DNA of 44,135 bases from the IMG/VR virus record IMGVR_UViG_3300045988_124156, one strand, 5' to 3'. The translations under genes and the position numbers were made by a program. This DNA comes from a virus. Of this stretch, positions 25,754-34,776 are shown piece after piece. Position 1 is the first letter of the stretch, and the number at the start of each line of letters is the position of its first letter. The notes under the pieces are model-generated. The model saw only the letters and a program-made list of their open reading frames with translations, was not told the origin of the DNA and ran no database searches.

Positions 25754-26523
25754 ACCAATTACAGCATTTTGATTTTAAAGGTCGTCAAGTAAGAACTGTG
25801 GTTGTTGATAATGAACCAATGTTTGTCGGTAAGGATGTGGCCGATATTCTCGGATATCAAAACGGAAGTCGTGACGTAAACACCCACGTTGAAGAAGAAG
25901 ACCGGCTGAAGTACCAAATCGGTACCTCAGGTCAAGCACGCGAAATGACCATCATTAATGAATCTGGATTATACAGTTTGGTACTTTCGAGCAAGCTACC
26001 AACTGCGAAAGAGTTCAAGCATTGGGTAACACATGAAGTTCTCCCATCAATCCGCAAGCATGGTGCCTACATGACGCCTGAAACGATTGAGAAGGCCATC
26101 TATAACCCAGACTTCATTATCAATCTGGCAACACAGCTAAAGGATGAACAAGCCAAAACAGCGGCACTTACGGCTGATAACGAAACAATGAAGCCTAAAG
26201 CGTTGTTTGCAGACGCGGTAGCCACAAGTCACACAACTATCTTGGTCGGTGATCTTGCCAAGGTGCTCAAACAGAACGGAGTTGACATTGGTGCCAAGCG
26301 GTTGTTCGCCTGGCTACGTGAGCAAGGCTATTTGATTAAACGGATTGGTGCCGACTATAACTCGCCGACACAACGCGCGATGGAGCTAGGCTTGTTCGAG
26401 GTCAAGGAAACGGCGATCAGTCACTCGGACGGCCATGTAACAGTTCAGAAGACCCCAAAGGTAACCGGAAAAGGCCAGCAGTATTTTATCAACAAGTTTC
26501 TACAAAAGGGGATGACGGTATGA
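25750..26523 (+). CDS. ant: antirepressor (BRO-N plus KilAC/ANT domains)
   Basis: FDFKGRQVRTVVVDNEPMFVGKDVADILGY is a BRO-N signature. C-terminal half reads like a KilAC-type ANT domain. Confidence 0.8.
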   Translation: MNQLQHFDFKGRQVRTVVVDNEPMFVGKDVADILGYQNGSRDVNTHVEEEDRLKYQIGTSGQAREMTIINESGLYSLVLSSKLPTAKEFKHWVTHEVLPSIRKHGAYMTPETIEKAIYNPDFIINLATQLKDEQAKTAALTADNETMKPKALFADAVATSHTTILVGDLAKVLKQNGVDIGAKRLFAWLREQGYLIKRIGADYNSPTQRAMELGLFEVKETAISHSDGHVTVQKTPKVTGKGQQYFINKFLQKGMTV

Positions 26524-26669
26524 ACGAACGCAATGAAAAAAAGCAAGCACCTTATGAACAAGAGATGCTTGCACAAATAGCATTGAGCTTGATCGCTAGC
26601 ATGAGCGAATTGTCGCTCGATCAAGAAGAAGCAGCTCTGAAAACCGCTTTGTCACTCATTGGGCGTTAG
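26520..26669 (+). CDS. 49-aa hypothetical protein
   Basis: ATGA overlap with the ant stop; below the track cutoff. Confidence 0.4.
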   Translation: MNERNEKKQAPYEQEMLAQIALSLIASMSELSLDQEEAALKTALSLIGR

Positions 26670-26767
26670 AATCCAAACTCTCCAGATTAAGGTTCTTGAT
26701 TGCAGCAACGCCGTTAGCCTTCGTCACTAGGACGTTACCAACAAAATGATAAGGAGAAGACAAGATA

Positions 26768-26971
26768 ATGTATATCAACCAAGCGATTAAGAAAGCGGAG
26801 ACGCAAAAAAGAGGGATTACTCGTAAGGCGTGGTTTCCTCGTCCGATGATTCTTATACCGACCAATACAAATGCTGGGTTCCTCATGACATCAATAGGAC
26901 AAGATCCAAGTCAAAAATGGATGCCATACAGCGATGATCTCACGGCTAAAGACTGGATCCCATACGGCTAA
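26768..26971 (+). CDS. DUF2829-like small protein (family that includes Tad2 anti-Thoeris sponges)
   Basis: 67 aa with AAGGAGAAG RBS. INQAIKKAETQKRGITRKAW ... W-x-PYSDDLTAKDWIPY matches the N- and C-terminal DUF2829 signatures. Confidence 0.55.
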   Translation: MYINQAIKKAETQKRGITRKAWFPRPMILIPTNTNAGFLMTSIGQDPSQKWMPYSDDLTAKDWIPYG

Positions 26972-27324
26972 AAGAACGGAATTAGTTTTTTGACACCAGT
27001 AATGGCATCAAGAACCTTTTTGACATCATTGCCAAACTTTTGCTCACGCCACGCAATAGCCTGTGTGGTGATGAACGAATTGTAATAACAACCGTCGCCC
27101 GGCCATAGTTTCATAAAACCGGCGTCTCGAAGCTCAGCCATCGTAAACGAAACATCTGGTAGGGACCACTGAGGCATAACGTCATCACGGACTTGCTGTG
27201 TAGAACCCATTGTTGTTGCATCACTCTTTGATTTTCCATCAGTAACACTTTCCAAGTATTTTGACGATAGCTGTAACAGCAAATACTTTGCATCGTTTGT
27301 AAGACGTTCGTATTCATCATTCAT
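26968..27324 (-). CDS. hypothetical protein, oppositely oriented inside the early region
   Basis: 118 aa from the second ATG, 10 nt after GGAAGGAG. Converges on the DUF2829 gene with a 4-nt overlap. Confidence 0.6.
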   Translation of the reverse strand: MNDEYERLTNDAKYLLLQLSSKYLESVTDGKSKSDATTMGSTQQVRDDVMPQWSLPDVSFTMAELRDAGFMKLWPGDGCYYNSFITTQAIAWREQKFGNDVKKVLDAITGVKKLIPFF

Positions 27325-27388
27325 ATATATCATCTCCTTCCCACCAAATTATCTGCCAACGGGAGGCCAAAAGAAAGAAGGAAATGCC

Positions 27389-27745
27389 ATGCCGTTGTTA
27401 CAGGTTGTTGAAGATGATCATATTTCAAGCAAAAAGTATTTAGCGGTCGATGAAGAAGAACTGGCAAAGATGATCAAGGAGAACCAAGAGTTAAAACGCA
27501 AGCTAGCAGCACGAGGCATGTGGACGCTCACTACCGCAACAAGCTATGTCGAAGGACATAACAACACGTGGGTAGTTAACAATATCTTAAACGTCCCACG
27601 CTTCCACAAGTTCTTGCAAGATACCGTGGTTTCATATCCACCGCCTGGCAAAAAGGGGTATCTGTTTCATCCGAAACCATGGCTCGACTTCTTAGACAAA
27701 TGGTTCCCAGAGATTTCAAGATCGCTTAGAGAGAAGGGCAAATAA
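27389..27745 (+). CDS. DUF771-family early protein
   Basis: 118 aa; W..L.......ILNVPRF..FL...V.YP..G..GYLF....WLDFLDKWF pattern typical of DUF771. Confidence 0.6.
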   Translation: MPLLQVVEDDHISSKKYLAVDEEELAKMIKENQELKRKLAARGMWTLTTATSYVEGHNNTWVVNNILNVPRFHKFLQDTVVSYPPPGKKGYLFHPKPWLDFLDKWFPEISRSLREKGK

Positions 27746-27837
27746 TGATTGAATATTTACTAATTGGTGGTGCCTTCGGCGTGATCATTGGTCACTGCTT
27801 AGGCCACAGCGGAAATTGGAGGCAGTGGATTGAATGA
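27745..27837 (+). CDS. 30-aa small hydrophobic protein
   Basis: TAATG coupling; MIEYLLIGGAFGVIIGHCLGHSGNWRQWIE. Confidence 0.3.
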   Translation: MIEYLLIGGAFGVIIGHCLGHSGNWRQWIE

Positions 27838-27982
27838 AGCAGAGCGTACCATTGGTGATTTGATGAACGAACACAATAAATTGACGTTAGACATTATGCG
27901 TGGCAACCACACACCAATTGCAAAGATGTTGCTTGCCGAGAACGAGAAGCTACGTGCACGACTAGCGAAACTAAGGGGATGA
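27830..27982 (+). CDS. 50-aa hypothetical coiled-coil protein
   Basis: TTG start 7 nt after GGAGG; fills an otherwise empty gap. Confidence 0.3.
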   Translation: MNEAERTIGDLMNEHNKLTLDIMRGNHTPIAKMLLAENEKLRARLAKLRG

Positions 27983-27986
27983 CGTG

Positions 27987-28190
27987 ATGACCAATGAAGT
28001 ATACGAGCACATTTTAGCTGAATCTAACCGTCAGATTGCAGCATATCACAAGGTTGCTACCGACTATGGGACGAACAATACAGACCCTCATCAAACGTAT
28101 GCGATGGGTCAAGAAGATGGCGCACATGCGATCCTATTTATTATCAAACAAGCTATGAAAAAAGCCGCTGGCGTCCAGACCAACGACTGA
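27987..28190 (+). CDS. hypothetical protein
   Basis: 67-aa ORF, ATG after AAGGGG. Confidence 0.55.
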   Translation: MTNEVYEHILAESNRQIAAYHKVATDYGTNNTDPHQTYAMGQEDGAHAILFIIKQAMKKAAGVQTND

Positions 28191-28208
28191 TAGAAAGGAA
28201 AATATTAT

Positions 28209-28694
28209 ATGTCAGTATTATACGACTTAACAGACAAATTGACCAGTTTGCAACGACTGGCAGAAAGTGGCAAGGCTGATCCAAAAGCTATTGCTGACAC
28301 GATGGAAATGGTTGAGGGCGACTTTGATGATAAGGCGGTTGGCTATGTCAAAGTCTATAAATCAATCGAAGCAGACGTCAAAGAAATCGATGCTGAAATC
28401 AGGCGTTTGCAAGAACGAAAGACAAGTGCCAAGAAAAACGCTGCGACAATCAAATCACGATTGGCGCAAGCGATGGTTGAAACTGGTCGTGAACACATTC
28501 ATACACCACTGTTCAGTATTTACACTCGCAGAACAGTGAGCGTGGAAGCACCAGAAGACCCGAATAAGTTGCCACCAGAGTTCATTAAGACCACGTTGAC
28601 GGTCAACAAAGCCGACTTGAAGAAAGCATTACAAGCTGGCCGTGAGGTACCAAATGCGCGACTGGTTGAGAACATTGGACTGGGGGTGCGGTAG
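28209..28694 (+). CDS. Siphovirus Gp157-family protein
   Basis: 161 aa with coiled-coil centre (IDAEIRRLQERKTSAKKNAATIKSRLAQAM), first gene of the recombination/replication block. Confidence 0.65.
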   Translation: MSVLYDLTDKLTSLQRLAESGKADPKAIADTMEMVEGDFDDKAVGYVKVYKSIEADVKEIDAEIRRLQERKTSAKKNAATIKSRLAQAMVETGREHIHTPLFSIYTRRTVSVEAPEDPNKLPPEFIKTTLTVNKADLKKALQAGREVPNARLVENIGLGVR

Positions 28695-29417
28695 ATGCAG
28701 CCAATTAAACATGCATCTTCAATTGATCGAACAAAGAACTGGCGAGTTTTGATTTATGGAAAGCCTGGTGTCGGTAAGACGTCAGCTATCCGCAATCTTA
28801 ATGGCAAAACACTCGTGCTAGATCTGGATGACAGTTCAAAAGTGCTATCTGGTGCACCGAACATCGATGTGCAACCATTTGACCGAAGTAAGCCAAGCGA
28901 AGAATGGAAAGAATTTCTGAAAAATCTGGCTGAACGTGTTTCCGGATATGACAATCTGGTGATCGACAACGTATCAGCGTTCGAAAAAGACTGGTTTGTC
29001 GAGATGGGCAGGCACAGTAAAAACGGCATTGGCAACGAGCTTCAGGATTACTCAAGATGGACAAATTACTTTGCCCGTATCATGACCATGATCTTCATGG
29101 ACGCACCAGTTAACGTGCTAGTAACCGCTTGGGAGAACACACGAGACATTACAAGCGAAACTGGACAATCGTTCAGCCAGTATGCACCAGCAATTCGCGA
29201 CAGCGTACGTGACGGGTTATTAGGCCTAACAGACGTTGTAGGACGCGTAGTCATCAGCACAAAGACAAGCCACCGAGGAGTTATTCTTGCAGGTTCAGAT
29301 GCAATATTTGCAAAAAATCGTTTGGATGATCGAACTGCGTGCGCCATTGAGGACCTCTTTAAGTTTGGAGGTGACAGTGATGTTTCAGCTTCATCCTTAC
29401 CAGAAGAAGCTAGTTAA
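28695..29417 (+). CDS. AAA_24 / Sak4-like RecA-core ATPase
   Basis: Walker A LIYGKPGVGKTS, about 240 aa, adjacent to the Gp157 and DUF669 genes. Confidence 0.7.
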   Translation: MQPIKHASSIDRTKNWRVLIYGKPGVGKTSAIRNLNGKTLVLDLDDSSKVLSGAPNIDVQPFDRSKPSEEWKEFLKNLAERVSGYDNLVIDNVSAFEKDWFVEMGRHSKNGIGNELQDYSRWTNYFARIMTMIFMDAPVNVLVTAWENTRDITSETGQSFSQYAPAIRDSVRDGLLGLTDVVGRVVISTKTSHRGVILAGSDAIFAKNRLDDRTACAIEDLFKFGGDSDVSASSLPEEAS

Positions 29418-30756
29418 TCAAGCAAGAGAAAAGCTGGCTGACGGTCACAAGTCTGTACTGCTAGTCAGCCCAGCGGGATCTGGTAAATCAGTTATCATCG
29501 CTGAAATAGCTAGGTTGGCAGTCATGAAGGGCGGGCACGTTATGTTCACCGTTCACAGAAAAGAACTTATTGATCAAATCACGAAGACTTTTATTGCAAA
29601 CGGAGTTGATTTGAACAAATGCACCATCATGACTGTTGGCAGAATTGCTAGACGCTTAGGAAAATTGCCAAAACCGACTCTAATCATCACTGATGAAACA
29701 CATCACAGTTTGGCAAAGACTTACCTAAAAATTTATGGGTTTTATAAAGACGTTCCACGCTTAGGTTTTTCAGCAAGCCCATGGAGACTTTCAGGAAAGG
29801 GACTGGGGGATGTTTATGAAACCATGGTTGAGGGGCCAACAGTTAAATGGCTAATTGAACATCACTACTTAGCGCCTTTTGACTACTATGCGCCAACATT
29901 AATTGACGTTGAAAAGCTAAAGAAATCATCAACTGGTGATTATTCCACAAAGTCGATTGATGAGGCCAATACAAAGATGATTTTTGGTGATGTTGTTAGT
30001 CACTACCAGAATTTGGCCAATGGACGCCAGGCTATTATCTATGCCCACAGTATCGAAGAAAGCAAGCGAGTTGCGGCAACGTTCAATGCTGCCGGTATAT
30101 CTGCCATTCATGTTGACAGCAAAACGCCTGCTTTGAATCGTGATGAAGCAATGACAGCCTTTAAAGATGGAAAAATTAGAATCATATCAAACGTCGATCT
30201 CATCTCAGAAGGGTTTGATGTTCCCGAATGTGGCGTTGTCATCATGCTGAGGCCAACTGCTTCTCTTGTTCTTGACATTCAGCAATCGATGCGAGGAATG
30301 CGCTATAGGCCGAACAAAAGGGCAATCATTATTGATCACGTTGCGAACGTTTATCGCTTTGGTCTTCCTGATGCTGACCGTGAATGGTCGCTTAAAGATC
30401 GACCTAAGCAGGAAAAACGCAGGGGTAAATCAGACGGACCTGCGATCAAGAGCTGTCCAAAATGTTACGGAATCGTTCCTGCACAGGTTAAGCAATGCCC
30501 ACTTTGTGGATATTCATTCAGAGCAGACGGTGCTGATCTTGAAGTTGATCCTACGGCAAAATTAAAAAAGGTAGACAAGAAAGTATTCAAAATAGTTGCG
30601 GACTATTCAAAAACCAAATATGGACAAATGAAAGCCGAAGATGCCGAGTCACCTGAAGACATGTACGCAATTGCAAAAGCACGTGGCTATAAACCCGGAT
30701 GGGCTTACCACCAGATTGTGGCTAGGGGATGGCTAAAGGAAAGGAAGCGAGCATAG
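29380..30756 (+). CDS. SF2 DEAD/DEAH-box helicase with C-terminal zinc ribbon
   Basis: ATG 29380 after GGAGGTG. SPAGSGKS (motif I), DETHH (motif II), CPKC...CPLC. Confidence 0.85.
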   Translation: MFQLHPYQKKLVNQAREKLADGHKSVLLVSPAGSGKSVIIAEIARLAVMKGGHVMFTVHRKELIDQITKTFIANGVDLNKCTIMTVGRIARRLGKLPKPTLIITDETHHSLAKTYLKIYGFYKDVPRLGFSASPWRLSGKGLGDVYETMVEGPTVKWLIEHHYLAPFDYYAPTLIDVEKLKKSSTGDYSTKSIDEANTKMIFGDVVSHYQNLANGRQAIIYAHSIEESKRVAATFNAAGISAIHVDSKTPALNRDEAMTAFKDGKIRIISNVDLISEGFDVPECGVVIMLRPTASLVLDIQQSMRGMRYRPNKRAIIIDHVANVYRFGLPDADREWSLKDRPKQEKRRGKSDGPAIKSCPKCYGIVPAQVKQCPLCGYSFRADGADLEVDPTAKLKKVDKKVFKIVADYSKTKYGQMKAEDAESPEDMYAIAKARGYKPGWAYHQIVARGWLKERKRA

Positions 30757-31140
30757 ATGGGTAGACCAGCGATTGATCATACCGGTGAAACATTCGGAAA
30801 TATTGAAGTCTTGGGTTACGCCGAAGTGCGTGGGAAGAGTCAACGTGTTCTTGCTAGGAATAACCGTACAGGAGATTTAAAAGTTTACTGGTACGAAGCA
30901 CTACGCAGTGGGAGCACAACTGGAATTGGATCAGGAAACAAGCTTAATGCTGTGCAACGTAAATATTTACAAAGTAACAACACTTCTGGATACCCCGGAG
31001 TTTCAAGGCTTCGCACCGGAAAATGGGGCGCTTACATCAAAATTAATAAAAAAAGGATTTGGCTTGGAACATTCAATACCAAAGACGAAGCCATCGCAGC
31101 CCGTAAAGCTGCCGAACATAAATATTTAGGAGGAAACTAA
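30757..31140 (+). CDS. AP2-domain DNA-binding protein (homing-endonuclease-associated type, no nuclease motif seen)
   Basis: YPGVSRLRTGKWGAYIKINKKRIWLGTFNTKDEAIAARKAAE is a typical AP2/ERF-like fold signature. Confidence 0.65.
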   Translation: MGRPAIDHTGETFGNIEVLGYAEVRGKSQRVLARNNRTGDLKVYWYEALRSGSTTGIGSGNKLNAVQRKYLQSNNTSGYPGVSRLRTGKWGAYIKINKKRIWLGTFNTKDEAIAARKAAEHKYLGGN

Positions 31141-31141
31141 T

Positions 31142-31660
31142 ATGTCATTCATTACCGCAGATTATAGCAAGAATCAGGAAAACGATTTTTCACCACTTCC
31201 AGAGGGTGAATATGAAATGGTCATTACGCAAGCCGGTGAAATTGCAACCAAGAGGGGATCGGAATCACTACAGCTACGTCTCACGGTTCGCAATGATCTT
31301 GATGCAGCAGAGCCAAAAACTAATGGAAAGTATCATAACCGAGTTGTCTTTTTCGATAACTGGAAGCGCAAAGCTACGAACCAATATGATATGGACGGTC
31401 TCCAGTATGTATTGGAAGCGACAAAGATCCCTGAAGGCACTCCATTAAATAGCGTCGATGATTTCTGCAAGGCTATTTATCACAAGCCTGTACGAGTTTA
31501 TGTCAAAGTTGAGAAAAACCCTGAATATGGTGATCGGAACACAGTGGCCCCGTGGAGTGTTCATGCTAGCAAGTATCCACAAGTTGCTCACAAATTTAAG
31601 GATGATTCTCAACCAAGTCAGCCTCATGAACCGGTTGACGATTCCGACTTGCCATTCTAG
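31142..31660 (+). CDS. DUF669-family SSB-like protein
   Basis: N terminus ...DYS....DFSPLPEGEYEMVI typical of DUF669. C terminus ends DDSDLPF like the bacterial SSB acidic tip. Confidence 0.7.
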   Translation: MSFITADYSKNQENDFSPLPEGEYEMVITQAGEIATKRGSESLQLRLTVRNDLDAAEPKTNGKYHNRVVFFDNWKRKATNQYDMDGLQYVLEATKIPEGTPLNSVDDFCKAIYHKPVRVYVKVEKNPEYGDRNTVAPWSVHASKYPQVAHKFKDDSQPSQPHEPVDDSDLPF

Positions 31661-31671
31661 GAGGATTAAGA

Positions 31672-33972
31672 ATGTATGAACGCATTCCAGCAGAACTACG
31701 GTCCCTAAAACAATGGGGCTGCTTTCACCGAATCTGGCAACCAGAGAAAAATAAATATACTAAGATTCCTTATTCTGCCTTAACTGGCACAAAAACAAGC
31801 TCAACGGACTCGAAACAGTGGGTAACTTTTGAAGAAGCAATCACAGCATTACAGGCTTATGACCTTGACGGACTTGGATTTTTCTTTGCAAACGGATATG
31901 TAGGAATTGACGTTGATCATATTGGCGATGATTTGGAGAGACTAGAAGAGGGACAAACTGACGACAATGTCGCATGGGAGTTCATGAATACTTTCAGGTC
32001 ATATACCGAAAGGTCAATGTCTGGTACTGGTATTCATATCATTGTCAAAGGCGAAATACCCGGTACACGCCGAAGAAAAGCTAATGTTGAGATGTATCAA
32101 AGCGGGCGGTTCTTTGCAATGACGGGAGATGAGATTGGCAAGTTTCATTCAATCAATTCTCCAACAAAAGAGGAATTCAAGCGGATATATACAAAGTATT
32201 TGGAGCCAAAAACCGTCATCGATTTGCCCAGCAGGTACAATTTAGCACCTAATAATCTTTCTGAAGATGAGATCATCATTAAAATGCTGAAATCTAAAAG
32301 TGGTGATCGAATTAAGAAACTGCTCAACGGAGGCTGGGAACCATTATATCCATCTCAATCGGAGGCTGATCTGGCATTTGCAAATGACCTGGCATTTTGG
32401 ACAGGCAGAGATTTCACCCGGATGGACAGTATATTCCGCCAGTCATCGTTAATGAGACCAAAGTGGGACGAGAAGCACGGCAAAACAACCTACGGCGTTT
32501 CAACGCTCAACCGAGCCATTAATGATGTGCGTGATACTTATCAGCCGAAACATGAAAAGCCTAAATATAAGCTTGGATTTATTACTGACACTGGAAAGCC
32601 AAAAGCGTTTCCTCCTCGTTCGTGGGATGACACAGGCAATGCAGATAGGTTTGTTGATCGATATGGTGATGTCGCGAGGTACAGCTATATCGATAAGGCT
32701 TGGTATATCTACAATGGTAGCTTCTGGGAACTTGATAAGCGTGGCTTATTGCGAACCATGATTGACCAAGTAGTTGCTGACTTGAAAAATGAAAAGCCAA
32801 AAACTCCTCCTGATGTTGATCCGGAAAAAGCTGAGAAGGAATGGGCAAAGTTTTGCAAAACCAGTCGTGGAAATCGTGCTAAAAGAGCGCTTGAAGATGA
32901 GATTCAACATCGTCTACCGGTGACAACTGATGAATTTGATGCTGATCAGACCTTAATGAATGTTGACAACGGATATATTGATTTGTCTGATGGGACTCTT
33001 CACGAGCATGATATTAAGAAAATGTTCTCGAAGAAATCAAACGTTGAATATTCAGACACTGTTGAGTGTCCTGAATGGCAAGCCTTTTTGAATCAGACTT
33101 TCAACGGAGACAATGAATTAATTGATTACATTCAAAAAGCGGTCGGGTACTCATTAACAGGATCAGTTGAAGAGCAAGTCATGTTCATCCTTTACGGATC
33201 AGGGCGAAATGGTAAATCTGTTTTCATGGATACCATCAAGCACATAGCCGGAAGTTATTCACGCACGATGCAGGCTAAATCAATTATGGTTCAGCAGTCT
33301 AGCGGGGGTGCCAACAGCGATATTGCAAGACTAAAGGGTGCTCGTCTGGTATCTGCAAGTGAACCAAATGAAGGCGTCCGACTAGATGAAGGACTTATCA
33401 AAGAACTAACCGGAGGAGAATCTGTTACCGCACGTTTTTTATACGGATCAGAGTTCGAATTCAAACCAGAATTCAAGCTTTGGCTGTCAACTAACCACAA
33501 GCCCATTATTCGAGGAACAGATGATGGTATCTGGCGAAGATTGATGCTGATTCCATTTACTCATCAAGTGCCAGTAGATCAGGTAGACAAAAGACTCACA
33601 TACAAGCTTGAACGTGAATCGATCGGGATTCTAAATTGGGCAGTTGATGGAGCACTTAAGTGGCAGCGCGAAGGATTAGAGCCGCCGCAGAGTGTTAAAG
33701 ATGCAAGCAATGAGTACCGAACAGAAATGGATGTTCTTGAACTATTTGTCAATGATTGCTGTGAAAAAGGGCCCGGCTATCAGGCCGCCGCTGGTCAGCT
33801 TTACCAAACATATGTTGACTGGTGTGACAAATCGGGTGAGTACAAGATGCGCAAGCAAAAGTTTGGTGCAGAAATGCAGAAGAAGTTCGAATACGTTAGA
33901 AAAATGGACGGCAGATTTTATTTGGGAATTAAAGAAAAAATCGATCCGCGCTTAAATTGGGCAACAAAATGA
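31672..33972 (+). CDS. bifunctional primase-polymerase / SF3 (P4/D5-type) helicase
   Basis: 766 aa. Prim-Pol-like N terminus (GIDVDH, SGTGIHII), D5_N region, Walker A GSGRNGKS. Confidence 0.85.
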   Translation: MYERIPAELRSLKQWGCFHRIWQPEKNKYTKIPYSALTGTKTSSTDSKQWVTFEEAITALQAYDLDGLGFFFANGYVGIDVDHIGDDLERLEEGQTDDNVAWEFMNTFRSYTERSMSGTGIHIIVKGEIPGTRRRKANVEMYQSGRFFAMTGDEIGKFHSINSPTKEEFKRIYTKYLEPKTVIDLPSRYNLAPNNLSEDEIIIKMLKSKSGDRIKKLLNGGWEPLYPSQSEADLAFANDLAFWTGRDFTRMDSIFRQSSLMRPKWDEKHGKTTYGVSTLNRAINDVRDTYQPKHEKPKYKLGFITDTGKPKAFPPRSWDDTGNADRFVDRYGDVARYSYIDKAWYIYNGSFWELDKRGLLRTMIDQVVADLKNEKPKTPPDVDPEKAEKEWAKFCKTSRGNRAKRALEDEIQHRLPVTTDEFDADQTLMNVDNGYIDLSDGTLHEHDIKKMFSKKSNVEYSDTVECPEWQAFLNQTFNGDNELIDYIQKAVGYSLTGSVEEQVMFILYGSGRNGKSVFMDTIKHIAGSYSRTMQAKSIMVQQSSGGANSDIARLKGARLVSASEPNEGVRLDEGLIKELTGGESVTARFLYGSEFEFKPEFKLWLSTNHKPIIRGTDDGIWRRLMLIPFTHQVPVDQVDKRLTYKLERESIGILNWAVDGALKWQREGLEPPQSVKDASNEYRTEMDVLELFVNDCCEKGPGYQAAAGQLYQTYVDWCDKSGEYKMRKQKFGAEMQKKFEYVRKMDGRFYLGIKEKIDPRLNWATK

Positions 33973-34200
33973 CGGATGATATGACGGATGAATTTTATCG
34001 ACAACCCTTACGGCTGTAAGGATTTAGCCTATATTTATTTCTTATGACGGATGAATAGTTAAAAAGTATATATGGGTAAATATAAAAAAGTATAGTATGA
34101 ACTTTGTTTTTCGATTCATCCGTCATATCCGTCATTAATTGCTTTGATCCCTTGCGAGAGTAAGCATAAACGGCTTCAAGCATCCGTCATATCATCCGAC
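33969..34200. repeat. putative origin of replication: ATGACGGATGA iterons in direct and inverted orientation around an AT-rich core
   Basis: Direct copies at 33969, 33981 and 34044. Inverted copies TCATCCGTCAT at 34116, ATCCGTCAT at 34127, CATCCGTCAT at 34181. AT-rich 34055..34110. Hairpin CCTTAC-GGCT-GTAAGG at 34005..34020. Confidence 0.65.
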
Positions 34201-34215
34201 ATTAAAGGAGCATAC

Positions 34216-34542
34216 ATGAAATCAGAGCATGCCATTCAATCAGAAATCATGCTGGCACTATCGGAACACGGTTGCATTGTTGCTAGAACGAACGTGGGAA
34301 CTGTAAGAACTGTGGACGGAAGAATTTTCAACGCAGGACCACCGCCTGGGTGGCCTGATATTACTGCGATAAGAAAAGCGGACGGACGTGCTGTACTGGT
34401 TGAATGCAAAAACGAAAAAGGAAGACTTCGTGAAGATCAAAAACGTTTTGCGGCCGCTATATCAGGAACAAAAGTAATTTACGGCGTATGCAGATCGGCA
34501 GACGATGCTGTGAAACTATTGGAGGCACACAAATGTACGTAG
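34216..34542 (+). CDS. VRR-NUC domain nuclease
   Basis: ATG after AAAGGAG; PDITAIRK..GRAVLVECKNEKGRLREDQ matches the D..ExK core. Confidence 0.75.
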   Translation: MKSEHAIQSEIMLALSEHGCIVARTNVGTVRTVDGRIFNAGPPPGWPDITAIRKADGRAVLVECKNEKGRLREDQKRFAAAISGTKVIYGVCRSADDAVKLLEAHKCT

Positions 34543-34721
34543 TAGCAGGTTTAAACACAGGAACCGAGTATTACCGAGCCAAGTATCAATCTCAGTGTAT
34601 CCGCTGGATAAACGAGAACATGGCCAAGCACACGGAATCGCACAACACCCGTGGCGATGACATTAAAGTCGATATTCCGGAACCACTGATTATCAAGAAA
34701 GTAGAGGAAATATGTCAGTAA
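34533..34721 (+). CDS. hypothetical protein
   Basis: 62 aa, ATG after GGAGG, overlaps the VRR-NUC end. Confidence 0.5.
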   Translation: MYVVAGLNTGTEYYRAKYQSQCIRWINENMAKHTESHNTRGDDIKVDIPEPLIIKKVEEICQ

Positions 34722-34776
34722 AATTTAAGGCGCAGATGGAGCAGTTAAAGGCACTTGGAAAGAAAGAGGACTCGAA

